Source: Lepidodermella squamata
Taxonomy: Eukaryota; Animalia; Gastrotricha
Reading direction: 5' to 3'
Length of the DNA: 64,000 nt
Assembly: GCA_047495785.1 (NCBI GenBank)
Contig: JBLDXI010000033.1
Coordinates: 1,488,001 to 1,552,000 of the forward strand
Shown here in pieces: positions 1 to 11,146 of this stretch. The notes beneath the pieces are model-generated. The model was not told the origin of the DNA. It saw nothing but the letters and a program-made list of their open reading frames with translations, and searched no databases. The position numbers were made by a program, and so were the translations under genes. Each line of letters begins with the position of its first letter. The first letter of the stretch is position 1.

Positions 1-808
1 CGCTGACGTCGAGCTTGTGCTAAGATTGACGCGAAAATCTTACTCATCCTACATTTTCTACATCTTCATACCATGTTTGACTGTTGAATTTGTTTCATTG
101 CTTTGCTTCTGGCTGGATCCGAGGGATAACGAAAAAGTCACACTAGGTATTGGCCTTATCTTGACCTACGTCGTTTTTCTGCTTGTTGTCAATCAAAAAT
201 TACCTCGCTCTGCTACGGAAATTGTCCCTCTTATAAGTATTTATCTTGCTTTAACTATGTCTCTAACCGCTATCATGGTTTTCACCCAAATCTTCCTATT
301 AAATTGGTACCTCCGCCCCGTTCATTTAGGCCCAGTTCCGAACTGGTTGCGTAAGGTTTGTCTCGAGTGGCTCGGGTGTTTAGTTAAGGTTTGCAGTAGT
401 GAGTCCTATCGATTGATCGATGAAAGCAAAATCGAGAGTACAAAAGCTCCATCGTCTATTAAAACAGCTAAATTGACATCATCACCTGCCTTCAACTCAT
501 CAATGTCGATGGATTCGTTTTTCAGTCGTAACAAAAACGAGGGTCTAGATGGCAATTTACAACGGCTGAAGGTTATTGAGACGAAAGTTGAGAATACGGT
601 CAAGTATTTTACGTCGGACCGGTCTGAACGATGGACGCGTGAACGGTATCGGCAGGACTGGTTTCGCGTCGCCTTCATAATTGACCGCGTGTTGTTCTAC
701 CTGTTTTTCATCATCACGTCCGTCATCAATGTTATCACGCTATTTTGGATTCCAATGTCGCATTACGTCCACGCATCTGACGGCGATAGTGATGCGACCA
801 ATGACTGA
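1..808 (+). CDS. Cys-loop ligand-gated ion channel subunit (nAChR-like) #1, 3' part (M1-M4); 5' end lies outside the window
   Basis: Pre-M1 RK, M1 YIFIPC, M1-M2 linker DPRDNEK, M2-M3 LPRS..VPLI, M4 preceded by W..VAFIIDRVLF; AATAAA at ~818. Confidence 0.92.
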   Translation, partial: ADVELVLRLTRKSYSSYIFYIFIPCLTVEFVSLLCFWLDPRDNEKVTLGIGLILTYVVFLLVVNQKLPRSATEIVPLISIYLALTMSLTAIMVFTQIFLLNWYLRPVHLGPVPNWLRKVCLEWLGCLVKVCSSESYRLIDESKIESTKAPSSIKTAKLTSSPAFNSSMSMDSFFSRNKNEGLDGNLQRLKVIETKVENTVKYFTSDRSERWTRERYRQDWFRVAFIIDRVLFYLFFIITSVINVITLFWIPMSHYVHASDGDSDATND

Positions 809-951
809 TTTTGTATAAATAAAATTTTTATTTCGGCGGCGTTATTCCACAAGGGTTCAATGTTGAGAGGATGTACCGATATCAAAATAAAAATGATTTA
901 ATTTTTAACAAATTTAACTCAAAGCACCAAACAAAAAAATAGCGGCTAAAA

Positions 952-3041
952 ATGATAGCCCTATTTATTACTCTAACGATTTTTCGAGTGGTTGAAGCCT
1001 CGGTAGTTCGGCCAATTCCTTTATCAGGAGGTGATTATCAACTCTACGACCCGGAACACCGGCGAATCCGCAATGTGACAGATGAAGAGCAATTAGCTTT
1101 GCATCTGTTCAGTCATTACGATAACATGACAGGTAAATCAGAAAAAAATTCGAAAAAAAATATTTAAAACACCTTAAAAATAGGGCCTGTTATCAATGGG
1201 AGCAAAACAATACATTCAACGTTAGGGATTTTTATTGTATCAATTCAAGAAATGGATGAAATTAATCAAATTCTTCACTTGTCGGCTTGGCTTACAATAG
1301 TAATGAATTTTTCTTTGAATAATCGAATGTTTAGCGCAGTTTTCTTTCTAGACTTGGAATGATGAGAGGCTAAGTTGGAACCCAGAGATTTACGGCGGCC
1401 TGAAATCGGTGACCGTGAATGCCAATCGCGTCTGGCTGGCTGATTTTGTCTTCTACAACTCGGCGGCTGAGATCGATTTGAACTCGCTGCGGGCCCGTAA
1501 TGCTGTAATCGATTACCATGGAAACGTCAGAATCACCCCTCAAGCTCAACTTTGCGCTGCTTGCTACTTTGATTTAACTGTATTTCCTTTCGATGACACG
1601 ACATGCCGGATAAATATAGGTAAAAATGGTCAGGTTTTGAGGTGAATTTAAGGTTCCAGCTTTGAATTCGAGCCTTCTCTTTCTCTGATTATAATCCGAT
1701 TATCCGGATAAAATTAAAAATTTTTTTTAGAAAATTAGTTGATCCAATTTTCTTTATTCGGTGATACAAAATTTGATTGGTAAACATTTTATTTTGATTT
1801 TCCGATTTTTCAAATGTGTGCCTTGGACTTCGAATTCTTTGGCCGCAATTCAAAAATGATCAACAACCGATGCTTCAAGCCCAATAATCGGAAAATCAAA
1901 TAAAATTTTCAGTAATAAAAAATGTGCTGGACTATTGGAATGTAATGCTGGAACCTCAATTTTAGTGGTCCAAACTCGTTTTAAATTTTTCTAAATTTTT
2001 TGTGTATAACCAGGCTCTTGGACTTATGATAGCGAAAGGTTGGTTCTTCATAATGCATCCGAATCCGCTGATTTGTCAATGTATGACGCCAACGAAAACT
2101 GGGTCATTGACAAGACAAAATTTCAGGAAATTCAAACCAGACATCGGCCAGTTGTCGTTCATTCCCATGTCCGTTCACCAACCGGGGAGGATCGTCATCA
2201 CGTCGAACACTACTACCACACAGGGCCTGCTCGAACAATGGTTCGGCCATTTGCCGATGTTCAATTAATTATCATTCTGCAACGAAAATCTTACATTCAT
2301 TACATTTTATATATTTTTCTACCTTGCGCTATTGTTGAAATGATTACATTGCTTTGCTTCTGGCTCGACCCTCGTGATGGGGAGAAAATTTCATTAGGCG
2401 TCGGTCTCATCCTTGCCTATATAGTTTTCCTACTTGTTGTCAACCGAACTCTACCTAGATCTGCTAATGAAGTCGTGCCATTGATTAGTTCCTATCTAGC
2501 TATAACTATGGCTTTAACTGTTGGCTTGGTTACCGTACAAATTCTCCTCCTTAATTGGTACTACAATCCGAAACATAAAAATGTACCCGGATGGTTGCGC
2601 ATCATTGTCTTGCAATGGCTGGGCCGATTTTTTGGAATCCCTGATAACCCGGTAAATGACGATTTAATTTATTCCCACAGTTTCAGATCGGCGCCATCTC
2701 CTGTTCGGCCCATCCGGAAACACATATCCCCTAGTATGAAGGGGAGACCTAAAAGGGAAAAACCCTCAGAAATTTCGTGGAGCGAAAGTGTGATGAATCA
2801 TCACGAAAATCGGGTTAAAAATACCGTTAGTTACTTTGGCATGCGTCATTCGGTTAAAATGGTGGAAAGGGAAAAATTCAATGATTGGTTCCGCTTGGCC
2901 TATATTTGCGACAGATTATTGTTTTATTTCTTCTTCATAATTCAACTGTTGTTTAATTTTGTGACGCTAATCTGGTTACCCTATCGCCACTCTGGCCACG
3001 CGTCAGTTTCATATGATCACTCTGATGATGATGGCGATTAA
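952..3041 (+). CDS. nAChR-like Cys-loop channel subunit #2 (non-alpha type), 4 exons
   Basis: Spliced by hand (introns ~1133-1183, ~1300-1350, ~1620-2013). Signal peptide, W.D.RL.W, VWLADFVFYNS, Cys-loop CYFDLTVFPFDDTTC, GSWTYD, DGEK, four TM segments. Confidence 0.92.
1648..1959. mobile_element. Possible MITE in intron 3 of channel subunit #2
   Basis: Short terminal inverted repeats TTAAGGTTCCAGC ... GCTGGAACCTCAA; this intron is much longer than the usual ~50 nt. Confidence 0.4.
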
Positions 3042-3200
3042 TAAAATTATTGAACTTCTATATTTAATAAAGAGCTCCCTCGTGGATTTCATAGCCTCGG
3101 TAATTTGCTTAATTGATCTGCGCCAGGTGCAATTCTCAGCACTGGTCAGCAATTGATGGTACATTTAATTATAGTGGCCAGCCGCACTAAAAATAAAAAA

Positions 3201-5537
3201 ATGGAAAAATTAGTAGCTGTCTTGTCGCTTTTAAACTTGATTTTCGTGAAATCGGCAGAAGGCGAGATATCGAACTCGACCTTATCGCCAAGTTATGTCT
3301 CATATCGCGCATCAATAACTAAGGTGTTTCTAGCCATGCATAGAACTGCGACGGACGAAGAACGGCTGATTTACAAGCTGTTTCGGTATTACGACGCAAG
3401 AGCGCGGCCGGTGGAGCCTGACCGCGCCCGCGACCGGGTTATTGTCAGCGTAGGCGTGACACTCATTGCTGTTCCTAATCTCGATGAGTTGAACGAGGTC
3501 GTCGAATTCGATGTTTGGCTTCAAATGGTAATCTAAAAATTTATTTTTAATCTTTTTATTTATTTCCAAATTATTGAAAATTAATAAATTATTTAAAAAA
3601 TTTTAAAATTTAATTTAATTTAATGTTTTTTCAAAATTTCCATTTCTGTCAATTTGACCAGTATTGGGATGACAAACGTTTGGCATGGGACCGAAGCCTA
3701 TACAATGGTGTTAAGACTATATCAGTGCCAACGAAAAGAGTTTGGGTACCCGATGTTGTAATCTACAACAGGTAAGATTAGTCCTAATTCAAAGTCAATT
3801 TAAATTATGGCTGCTCCAGCGCCGATATGGCTGATGCTCGTAATACCCAGGGCAGGCGGGCATTGGTTGATTATAACGGCCGAGTAAGGGTAAGTTCAGG
3901 TAACTAATGGCCGAAATAATTGGTAAAATTTCCTGATTTCAGCTCTCTCCTTTCGTAAAGCTTCACACCCCCTGCCGAATGGATTTAACTCTGTAAGTTC
4001 AGTCCTAAAATGATTTAGCTTTTTAATGATTTATTTACTAATTTAGTTATCCATTCGATGAACATTCATGCAAGGTAATATTTGATTATATCTTAAATTT
4101 TGGAAATATTTTTTGGACGGTAGATCATTTTCGGGTCCTGGTCTTACGATGACACTCAGGTCCTACTAATAAATATGACCGAAACCGCAGATATCAGCCA
4201 ATTTCGGCTGAGTGGCAAATGGGACGTAGTGACAGCCAAACTGCGATCAGCCCGAGGCCGCCGGCTCAGCTTTTTCTCGAAAGGTTCTATCCCTGGCTTC
4301 TACAAACGTCACATTAACAACCCTCGCCAGTTGTCGGAGGCCTTAGACCTTAGCGCTAGGCAACAAGAGATAGTCGAGAATGAAATGAGGCGCCTAAACA
4401 AAACTCACCAACACCTCACGATGATATCAACGGTGAACTGCATCGTCCGAATGAGGCGGCGACTTCTTCTCAATCATATCATCAACATTTTCGTACCTTG
4501 CTCCTTAATTGCTTCAATCACTTTGATGTCCTTTCGATTGCCGCACACATCGAAGAAAAAAATTTCATTAGGGGTCAACGGTCAGCTTTCTTTATTGCTG
4601 TTCCTTTTTCTTGTTGCAAAATCTACGCCATCGACTTCGGATTCGATTTCGCTTCTAAGTGAGTTGCTGAAAAAATTAAAAAAAAAATTATTAAGGAGGA
4701 TTTTTCATTTTTCCAGCTACCTATTTGCTATTTACAATGACATCTGCGGGTTGTATTGTCATGCTGGAAGTTTTAATACTGAACGTTCATCACATGGGTA
4801 GTTCAAAATTTATGCCAGTTCCGAATTGGATGAGGAAACTGGTCGTCGATAGAATCGCGCCAATGATTGGATTCAACAAGCGCGCCCTGCACGAGGCGAT
4901 GCTTGTAAAACAGAAACCGCCTCGCCGTTTGAAATCAACGCGAAGTATATCCGGGTCTTTGAGAAGCATGACTCGGTCTTTTTTCACCTTCAACGACCTG
5001 GCCTCATCGTTCGATGAGCTGTCCAACATTTGCGAGCATAACGCTGAGCTTAGCCTTGACGAGCAAGCAGAGAAAATTATGCGACGAATCAAACTAGTTG
5101 TGACCAACGAAAAGTCTCAGGTTAGACCTAGTCGAAGCTATTCCAGGTTAACGACTATCCCCTCTGTGGAATTTCTCGACGACGAACAATTTAACGATTA
5201 CTGCAATGCGCCGTTGGTCGCTGATTATTACCGAAAACTGCGCAAAAAGCAACAGGGTGACCGAGAAAATCGGCAATTACTCCTGATTCTCGACAGTGTA
5301 TCAAACACCCTGTCGTATTTTCTAGTCAGGTCTCAAGAAAAGCAGCTTAACGCGACGTGGCTAGCGGAATGGCGCGTGATTGGCATGGTCCTGGACCGAT
5401 TTGCGTTTTTCTTATTTCTCATCTGCTTGGTTGGGACAAATTTTCTGCTGTTGATGTACATTCCTTTTATTACGCATGTCGAGCACGTCGACGATACTGA
5501 GGAAACCTTCGGACAAGGCGAGCAGTGGTCAATTTGA
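3201..5537 (+). CDS. nAChR-like Cys-loop channel subunit #3 (non-alpha type), about 7 exons
   Basis: YYDARARPV, YWDDKRLAW, VWVPDVVIYNS, Cys-loop CRMDLTLYPFDEHSC split over small exons, GSWSYD, M1-M4, long M3-M4 loop, EWRVIGMVLDR. Confidence 0.92.
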
Positions 5538-5776
5538 AAGTACTGCGTGTTGTTGACAGTTATTCACTTTATATTGTTGTAAACAACCATTTATATTCGA
5601 CAATCGATAATAAAATTAATGGTGTGAACAAGTATTCTAAATTGCTTGCTAATAATTAATGAGTAGCCATACCTGTCGCGCACTGATTGTTGATTGCTGA
5701 CCTACAGGGGGTCACGTGTCACAACAACACTGAGTCGCGTTTCAAATAGCCTAAATTACATTTTCAACAGATAAAA

Positions 5777-7767
5777 ATGAAAATTTTCCGAATTATTTTG
5801 ATTTTTCTTCATTTTTGCTGCGATTTTGGCGCAAATGCAGCAAGTGTATCGGCCTATCCTCTTTCAGGGGGTGACTACAGTCTATTAGATCCGCGGTAAG
5901 GATCAATTTCAAAAATTTCAATTAAAAATTAAACCAATTTTTTTCGAAAGACATCGGCGGATTCGGAATATTTCAGACGAAGAGCGATTGTCGAGTCGAT
6001 TATTTAGATTTTACGATGTTAGGAGCGGTCCTTACTACAACAACTCTGATATCATTCAGATTCAATTCGGTATTTCCATCGCTTCAATTTTAAAAATACA
6101 AGAGGTCAAACAAATATTGCACTGCCTCGTCTGGCTTGATTTGGTATGGAATATAAATCCATCTTAAAAATGACTGAGTCGATTATATTACCTCTCAGAG
6201 ATGGACCGATCAGAGGCTGGTATGGAACCCGAAAAATTACAATGGAATGAGTAAGATGGCTGTGCCTACGAAGCGAATATGGTATGAAAATCATAAAAAA
6301 AATTCAAAAATAATCAGAATTTTCTTTTTCTAGGTTGCCTGATATATTGCTGTAAGATTTTTAATTTTTAAATAATTAAAATTAAATTGGCAATTTTTCA
6401 GATACAATTCGGCAGAAACTCTTGATACTCGTTTCATGTACGGAATTCACGCAATTGTTGAATATACAGGGATGGTCAAAGTCATGCCTTTCATAAAAAT
6501 TCGATCGTTTTGCCCATTAGACCTGAGCATGTACCCATTCGATGAGACAGTGTAAGTGGCTTTGATAACTTCATTCAATTTGTCAAATTTTTCCCATTTT
6601 AGGTGTCCCCTCAGATTCGGATCATGGGTTTACGATAGCAGTAAATTAATTTTGACAAATCAATCGACCGAAGCTGATTTATCGCGATACTCCGAGTCAA
6701 GTAAATGGGACATCCTCGCCACAAAAGTCGACCGTATCTGGCGAAATCGACTGATTTTCCACGATTGGCCACCAAATCAGAATCTGACGCATTTGTACGC
6801 CGATCTGGAAGTTAGCCTCAGAATGCGGCGACGTTTCCTCTTCAATTACTATTTCGACATATTCATCCCATGCACTGTCATCACTGTAATCACCCTGATG
6901 TGCTTCTGGCTCGATCCAAGGGACGGCGAAAAAATCGGGCTAGGTATCGGCCTTATCCTTACCTATATCGTCTTTATGCTAGTGGTCAACAAAAGCATAC
7001 CGACTTCAAGCGACGTTTCGCCGTTGATTTCGATTTACCTTACGGTTACTATGGCCATGTCTGGAACTGTCGTAGCTGTTGAAATTCTGATGCTGAACAT
7101 TTATGGCAGGGGCAGGGAGAACTCGAGCCCACCTAAATGGCTTCACGTCCTGGTCGTTGATATTTTCGCTAGGTGTTTCAAAATTAATTTCAAGCGGAAA
7201 CACATCCGGCAGCATCGTCGTTCCAGCTTAAATCTCAGCATTTCTGAAACAATTGACAGCCTTGCGAAACCGGTGAGAAAAATTCCGACCAAGGTTAAGT
7301 TGTCCAGTGTTGGAAATATTTCACCGGTTTTGTGCCGAGTCACGTCGTTTAACGCGGATATGATGAAGACCGACGAGGAAGTGAAGCGAGACGAACTATT
7401 CAGGCGAGCCCTGGAGAACATTGCGAATGTAAATAAAGCCGAAAATGTTCTCATCAACCGAGCCCGTCGTCGATTTTCGCCAAATCGGGTGTTAAATTCG
7501 GTGAGATCGCGCGAGGAAGAGGAAATGCATAAGCGGCGGTTGATTTTGCTGGATTCTGTTCGAGACACTGTTTCTTACGCAGCGATGCGACGCCGTGATG
7601 AGAGTGCTAAGGTTAAGAACAGCGAAGAGTGGGACGTTATCGCATATACGATGGATCGACTGCTTTTCTACCTGTTTTTCTGCATTATGCTATCGTCAAA
7701 TTTTATTCTACTGTTTTGGCAGCCTCTTATGAGCCACTTGCCTCATGATCATGCTACTTTTATGTAA
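5777..7767 (+). CDS. nAChR-like Cys-loop channel subunit #4 (non-alpha type), 6 exons including an 18-nt microexon at 6334-6351
   Basis: ATG 5777 with signal peptide, RWTDQRLVW, W-LPDILL-YNS, CPLDLSMYPFDETVC, GSWVYD, DGEK, EEWDVIAYTMDR. Confidence 0.92.
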
Positions 7768-8144
7768 ACTGAGGTCTTGAAAAGACGAAACGGTTGAGAC
7801 TTCTATAATAAAAAATGTATAGGTCAAAAATATTAAATATCTGAAAATGAGATTCTCGGAATTTTCCAGACCTCATATAGAGTACAAAGTCCATCAGCTG
7901 AATAAATAAAATAAGTGACGCTCAACAGTTTTTTGGGGGTTACGAATTTTTGCTCGTGAAATGTAAAAAATTCGCAAGAATGCTCTTGCAACAGGGTGAC
8001 GGCTGATCAAATAAGTTCAAAGGGTAGTCCGAGAGCGAGTGTTTACAAGTGCTTCAGAAATAAATTGGGCGGTAACCCAGGAAAGGCAGAGATAATTTAT
8101 TTCCTGACTCTAATAATTCTTAAAAACCCTTCCGTAGATAGGAA

Positions 8145-8435
8145 ATGAAGTTCATCTTGGCAACTCTGTTAATTTCTGTCGGCCTAGTCTGGGCTAACCA
8201 AAACATCATCAGCAAAAACGAAGCTGTCGTCGATGCTCTTAATCATAACCAGAGCGATGTTGAGCACGGTCTGAACGAACATCTCGTCAATGGTTCCATT
8301 GATGATGCCTACAACAATCTGTACAACAACCTGATTTTTGTAGAGGACGAAGACCACGAAGATTTCGAAGTTGACAACGGTGACGTTGAACAGCCCGGAA
8401 ATCTGGCGCCATTGTCTCGCGCTTCACAGCACTAA
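8145..8435 (+). CDS. Truncated papain-family paralog: signal peptide plus acidic propeptide only (96 aa); pseudogene or stand-alone propeptide
   Basis: Near-identical to the N-terminus of 11147..12244 and 19633..20733 up to QPGNL, then diverges and stops; no catalytic domain follows. Confidence 0.7.
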   Translation: MKFILATLLISVGLVWANQNIISKNEAVVDALNHNQSDVEHGLNEHLVNGSIDDAYNNLYNNLIFVEDEDHEDFEVDNGDVEQPGNLAPLSRASQH

Positions 8436-8726
8436 AAATGTCTCGCGAAAATGGACAGAAGTAATAATTAAATGCCTCAAATTATACCTAATAGTATGAA
8501 TATTTTCTGTGAGTTTATTTGATGTAACGCTCCAAATTCTCACTATGCATAGGCTGATTCCTTGTGTCCACTGTTGGATTTAACTGAAACTAACCCAGGT
8601 TTAAGATAAATGAATTACTACATTATGCGTGATATTTCAATTGAATAAATCAGCATGTTCGAATATATCGTCTGATGCATGACCGGTGGCCAGCCGATTT
8701 GGATCGCCTTCATCGCTAAGCAAATA

Positions 8727-9221
8727 CAGTAGAAGCTGTGTAATCCGGACACCATCGGTCGCGGAAAATTTGTCCGCATTAGCACGCTGTCCGCATTGGG
8801 CGGTCCTCTATATTCCGAGGCGCCCCTTGAAAGGGCGTCAGCGAACAGGATTAGGCCCCTTTTACGCGCAGGTACTGTTTGCTTTTCTAATTAGCGCGCT
8901 CTTTAGTTAGATTTGAGTGGTTTTCACACATAATTTGCAACTTGAGGCTAAGTAAGCGAAGATTTGTGACAATATCCATAACCCACTCGGAGACATGGAG
9001 CTGAGGGGTGTCCGCGGTGTCCGCACTACAGAGCCTAAAATACCCATATGGACTGTAGCTAGAAAACTGGCCGTATTAGCACGCGTCTGCATTAAGAAGC
9101 TGTCCGCCTTAAAGAGCGCGATGTCCGCATGTTATAACGTAAACTCCGTCCGTCGCCCTAAAATCGTCCGGACTAGCCCGCTGTCCGCATTGCTGGGGTT
9201 CGGATTATACAGCTTCTACTG
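8727..9221. mobile_element. MITE, Tc1/mariner-pogo type
   Basis: TIR CAGTAGAAGCTGT(G/A)TAATCCG at both ends, TA on both flanks, internal repeated TGTCCGCATT motif. Confidence 0.85.
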
Positions 9222-10085
9222 TATTTAAAAAAGTTCGGTTTCCAGTTTTTTCCACTGTCACCGCAAATTGAACACACAATTGAAAAGTGGATTGCGTAAT
9301 GGAAATGTCGTACGGTTCAGTTTCAAAATCGTTTAAATAACCTAAGATTTCTTATGGAAATTTCATTTCTGAAATTAAAATGAGACAAATGAAGTGTTCC
9401 CACATGGTTGGTTATTTTTTGCTTCAATGGAAAAAGCGATTCCGCCCGGTGTTTCCGCCCGGTGATTCCGCCCGCTCACGCGTTTTAAGGTGGATCTTTT
9501 ATTATTAATTTCGGTTAAAATCCAAATCACTGAATTACTGGGCGAACCATACTCCATTTAGGGATTGGACTAGCAAAGCAAAAATTTGAACCAAAGAAAG
9601 CATTTTAACAAAAACCATTTTTATTGAACAATAATACTGTGGGAGAACCTATAAACAATAGTCAGTTCTGGATGTGACATGCACCGTGCAGTAAATTACT
9701 TGACAACTGGCGTCGACCGTGAAATGGCGTGATTCAAACCGGTTCTTCATAGGTTTGACAGGATCACAGCCCAACAATGCCAATGTCGTCGCTTCGCATA
9801 GAGATTTTCCACCGAAACTCGTTGAACAGCATAGTCGGCGTATCGTTTCCTGGAATTTTGCACCGTGCCAATTGTCTCAAGCGCCAATTCTTCGATGTAT
9901 TGTTGCAGTTATTCAGCAACGCCTTCAAAGTCATCGCCGTCATCGCCGCCGGATTAAACGCTGGAATCTGATCGGCCAAGGGGAAATTCGGGCTTTTGCT
10001 ATAGCAGCTCGATAACTTGAGCATTGCGGTTTTCACGAGCTGATTGGTGTCGCTCAGACTGCAACAGCCATATCGTTAACGTCGT

Positions 10086-10248
10086 TGAATAACTCGGATT
10101 TAGGCTTGTTTACTTCCATTTGAAAAGGGTAGGTGACAAGTAAAACGTCTACTGTTTTTGCCCCTTCATTTGCGTTGAAAAAGCCGCTTTTTACTTGTCA
10201 CCCGTGACCTTAAAACGGATGTAAACAAGCCTAAATCCGAGTTATTCA
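10086..10248. mobile_element. Small inverted-repeat element (MITE-like)
   Basis: Perfect 28-bp inverted repeat TGAATAACTCGGATTTAGGCTTGTTTAC plus an inner GGTGACAAGTAAAA inverted repeat. Confidence 0.75.
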
Positions 10249-11080
10249 TTTATGTTTCATTTTAATACCCGTCATTCATTGCATCGTTTACACTAGTAAG
10301 AGATACCCCGCAAATCCAGAATGCTGTTGCGTGTTAATGGGTTTTGGGTTTGTGCGGCAAATGATCAGACCGAGTCAGACAGACGGCGCAAGGAGCCATC
10401 GTTTTTATCGAGTATGCGTACTTCCCAACACCATTCTGACAGGTAACTTTCTTCCCGATCAATGAACAGTGGATCGGCTTCAATCTGCAGCTTACAATCG
10501 CTCGCTGTAATAAACTGCGACTTGCTAAGTCGTATATTTTTTACACTGGCATCCGATATCCGATTTCTTGATTTTCCTAACATTGAACATTTATATTATA
10601 ATTTCTCTCTCAGGTGAAAAAATTCATTTTGCAAAAAAAAAACTGAATCTGAGACTGTCACCGCCGAGAACTGTGTAGGCGACAGGCCTCGCGCCGTGTT
10701 GCCGTTATCCAGAGCAAAATTACATTTCAAAGTCCATATTTTGAAAATGATAAATTGCTGGGTTTATTATAAGTTCATAGGGCAAAAGTTATATGTACAA
10801 GAATTATAAAAAAAATATGGAACCTCGGCGCATGGCATATTATAGCTATTTGACCCTAAGAAGTTTCTCGACTCAAGATTGAATTAAATCACGCAGGTGA
10901 TTAAACTAAACGCTATTGCAACGCACATTTTTTATGTTTCAGGCCATAATTTTTGACACGCAGATGGAAATCTCGTAGGAGTTTTAGCGCTTAGCGCGGT
11001 TTCTTGACAAGCACATCGCAGGCACGCCTGATCAAACTATTCCCAGGGCAGTCCTAGGCGGGATGCGGGGTTTCGGTGGG

Positions 11081-11088
11081 TATAAATA
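11081..11088 (+). promoter_or_regulatory. TATA box of papain-family gene A
   Basis: TATAAATA ~65 nt upstream of ATG 11147; the same motif and context occur at ~19569 before gene B. Confidence 0.7.
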
Positions 11089-11146
11089 CAGGTCTGTTGC
11101 CCATGCCTGCTCAGAAACCCATTCAACTTTCTCCTCTCACAGAAAA

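Noticed and set aside
8727-9221. Spaced TGTCCGCATT repeats as a CRISPR-like array
   Set aside because: Short, irregularly spaced and enclosed by TIRs with TA flanks; internal MITE repeats in a eukaryotic context
11063-11146. Upstream ATG extending protease A
   Set aside because: It lies before the TATA box; paralogs start at the MKF signal peptide
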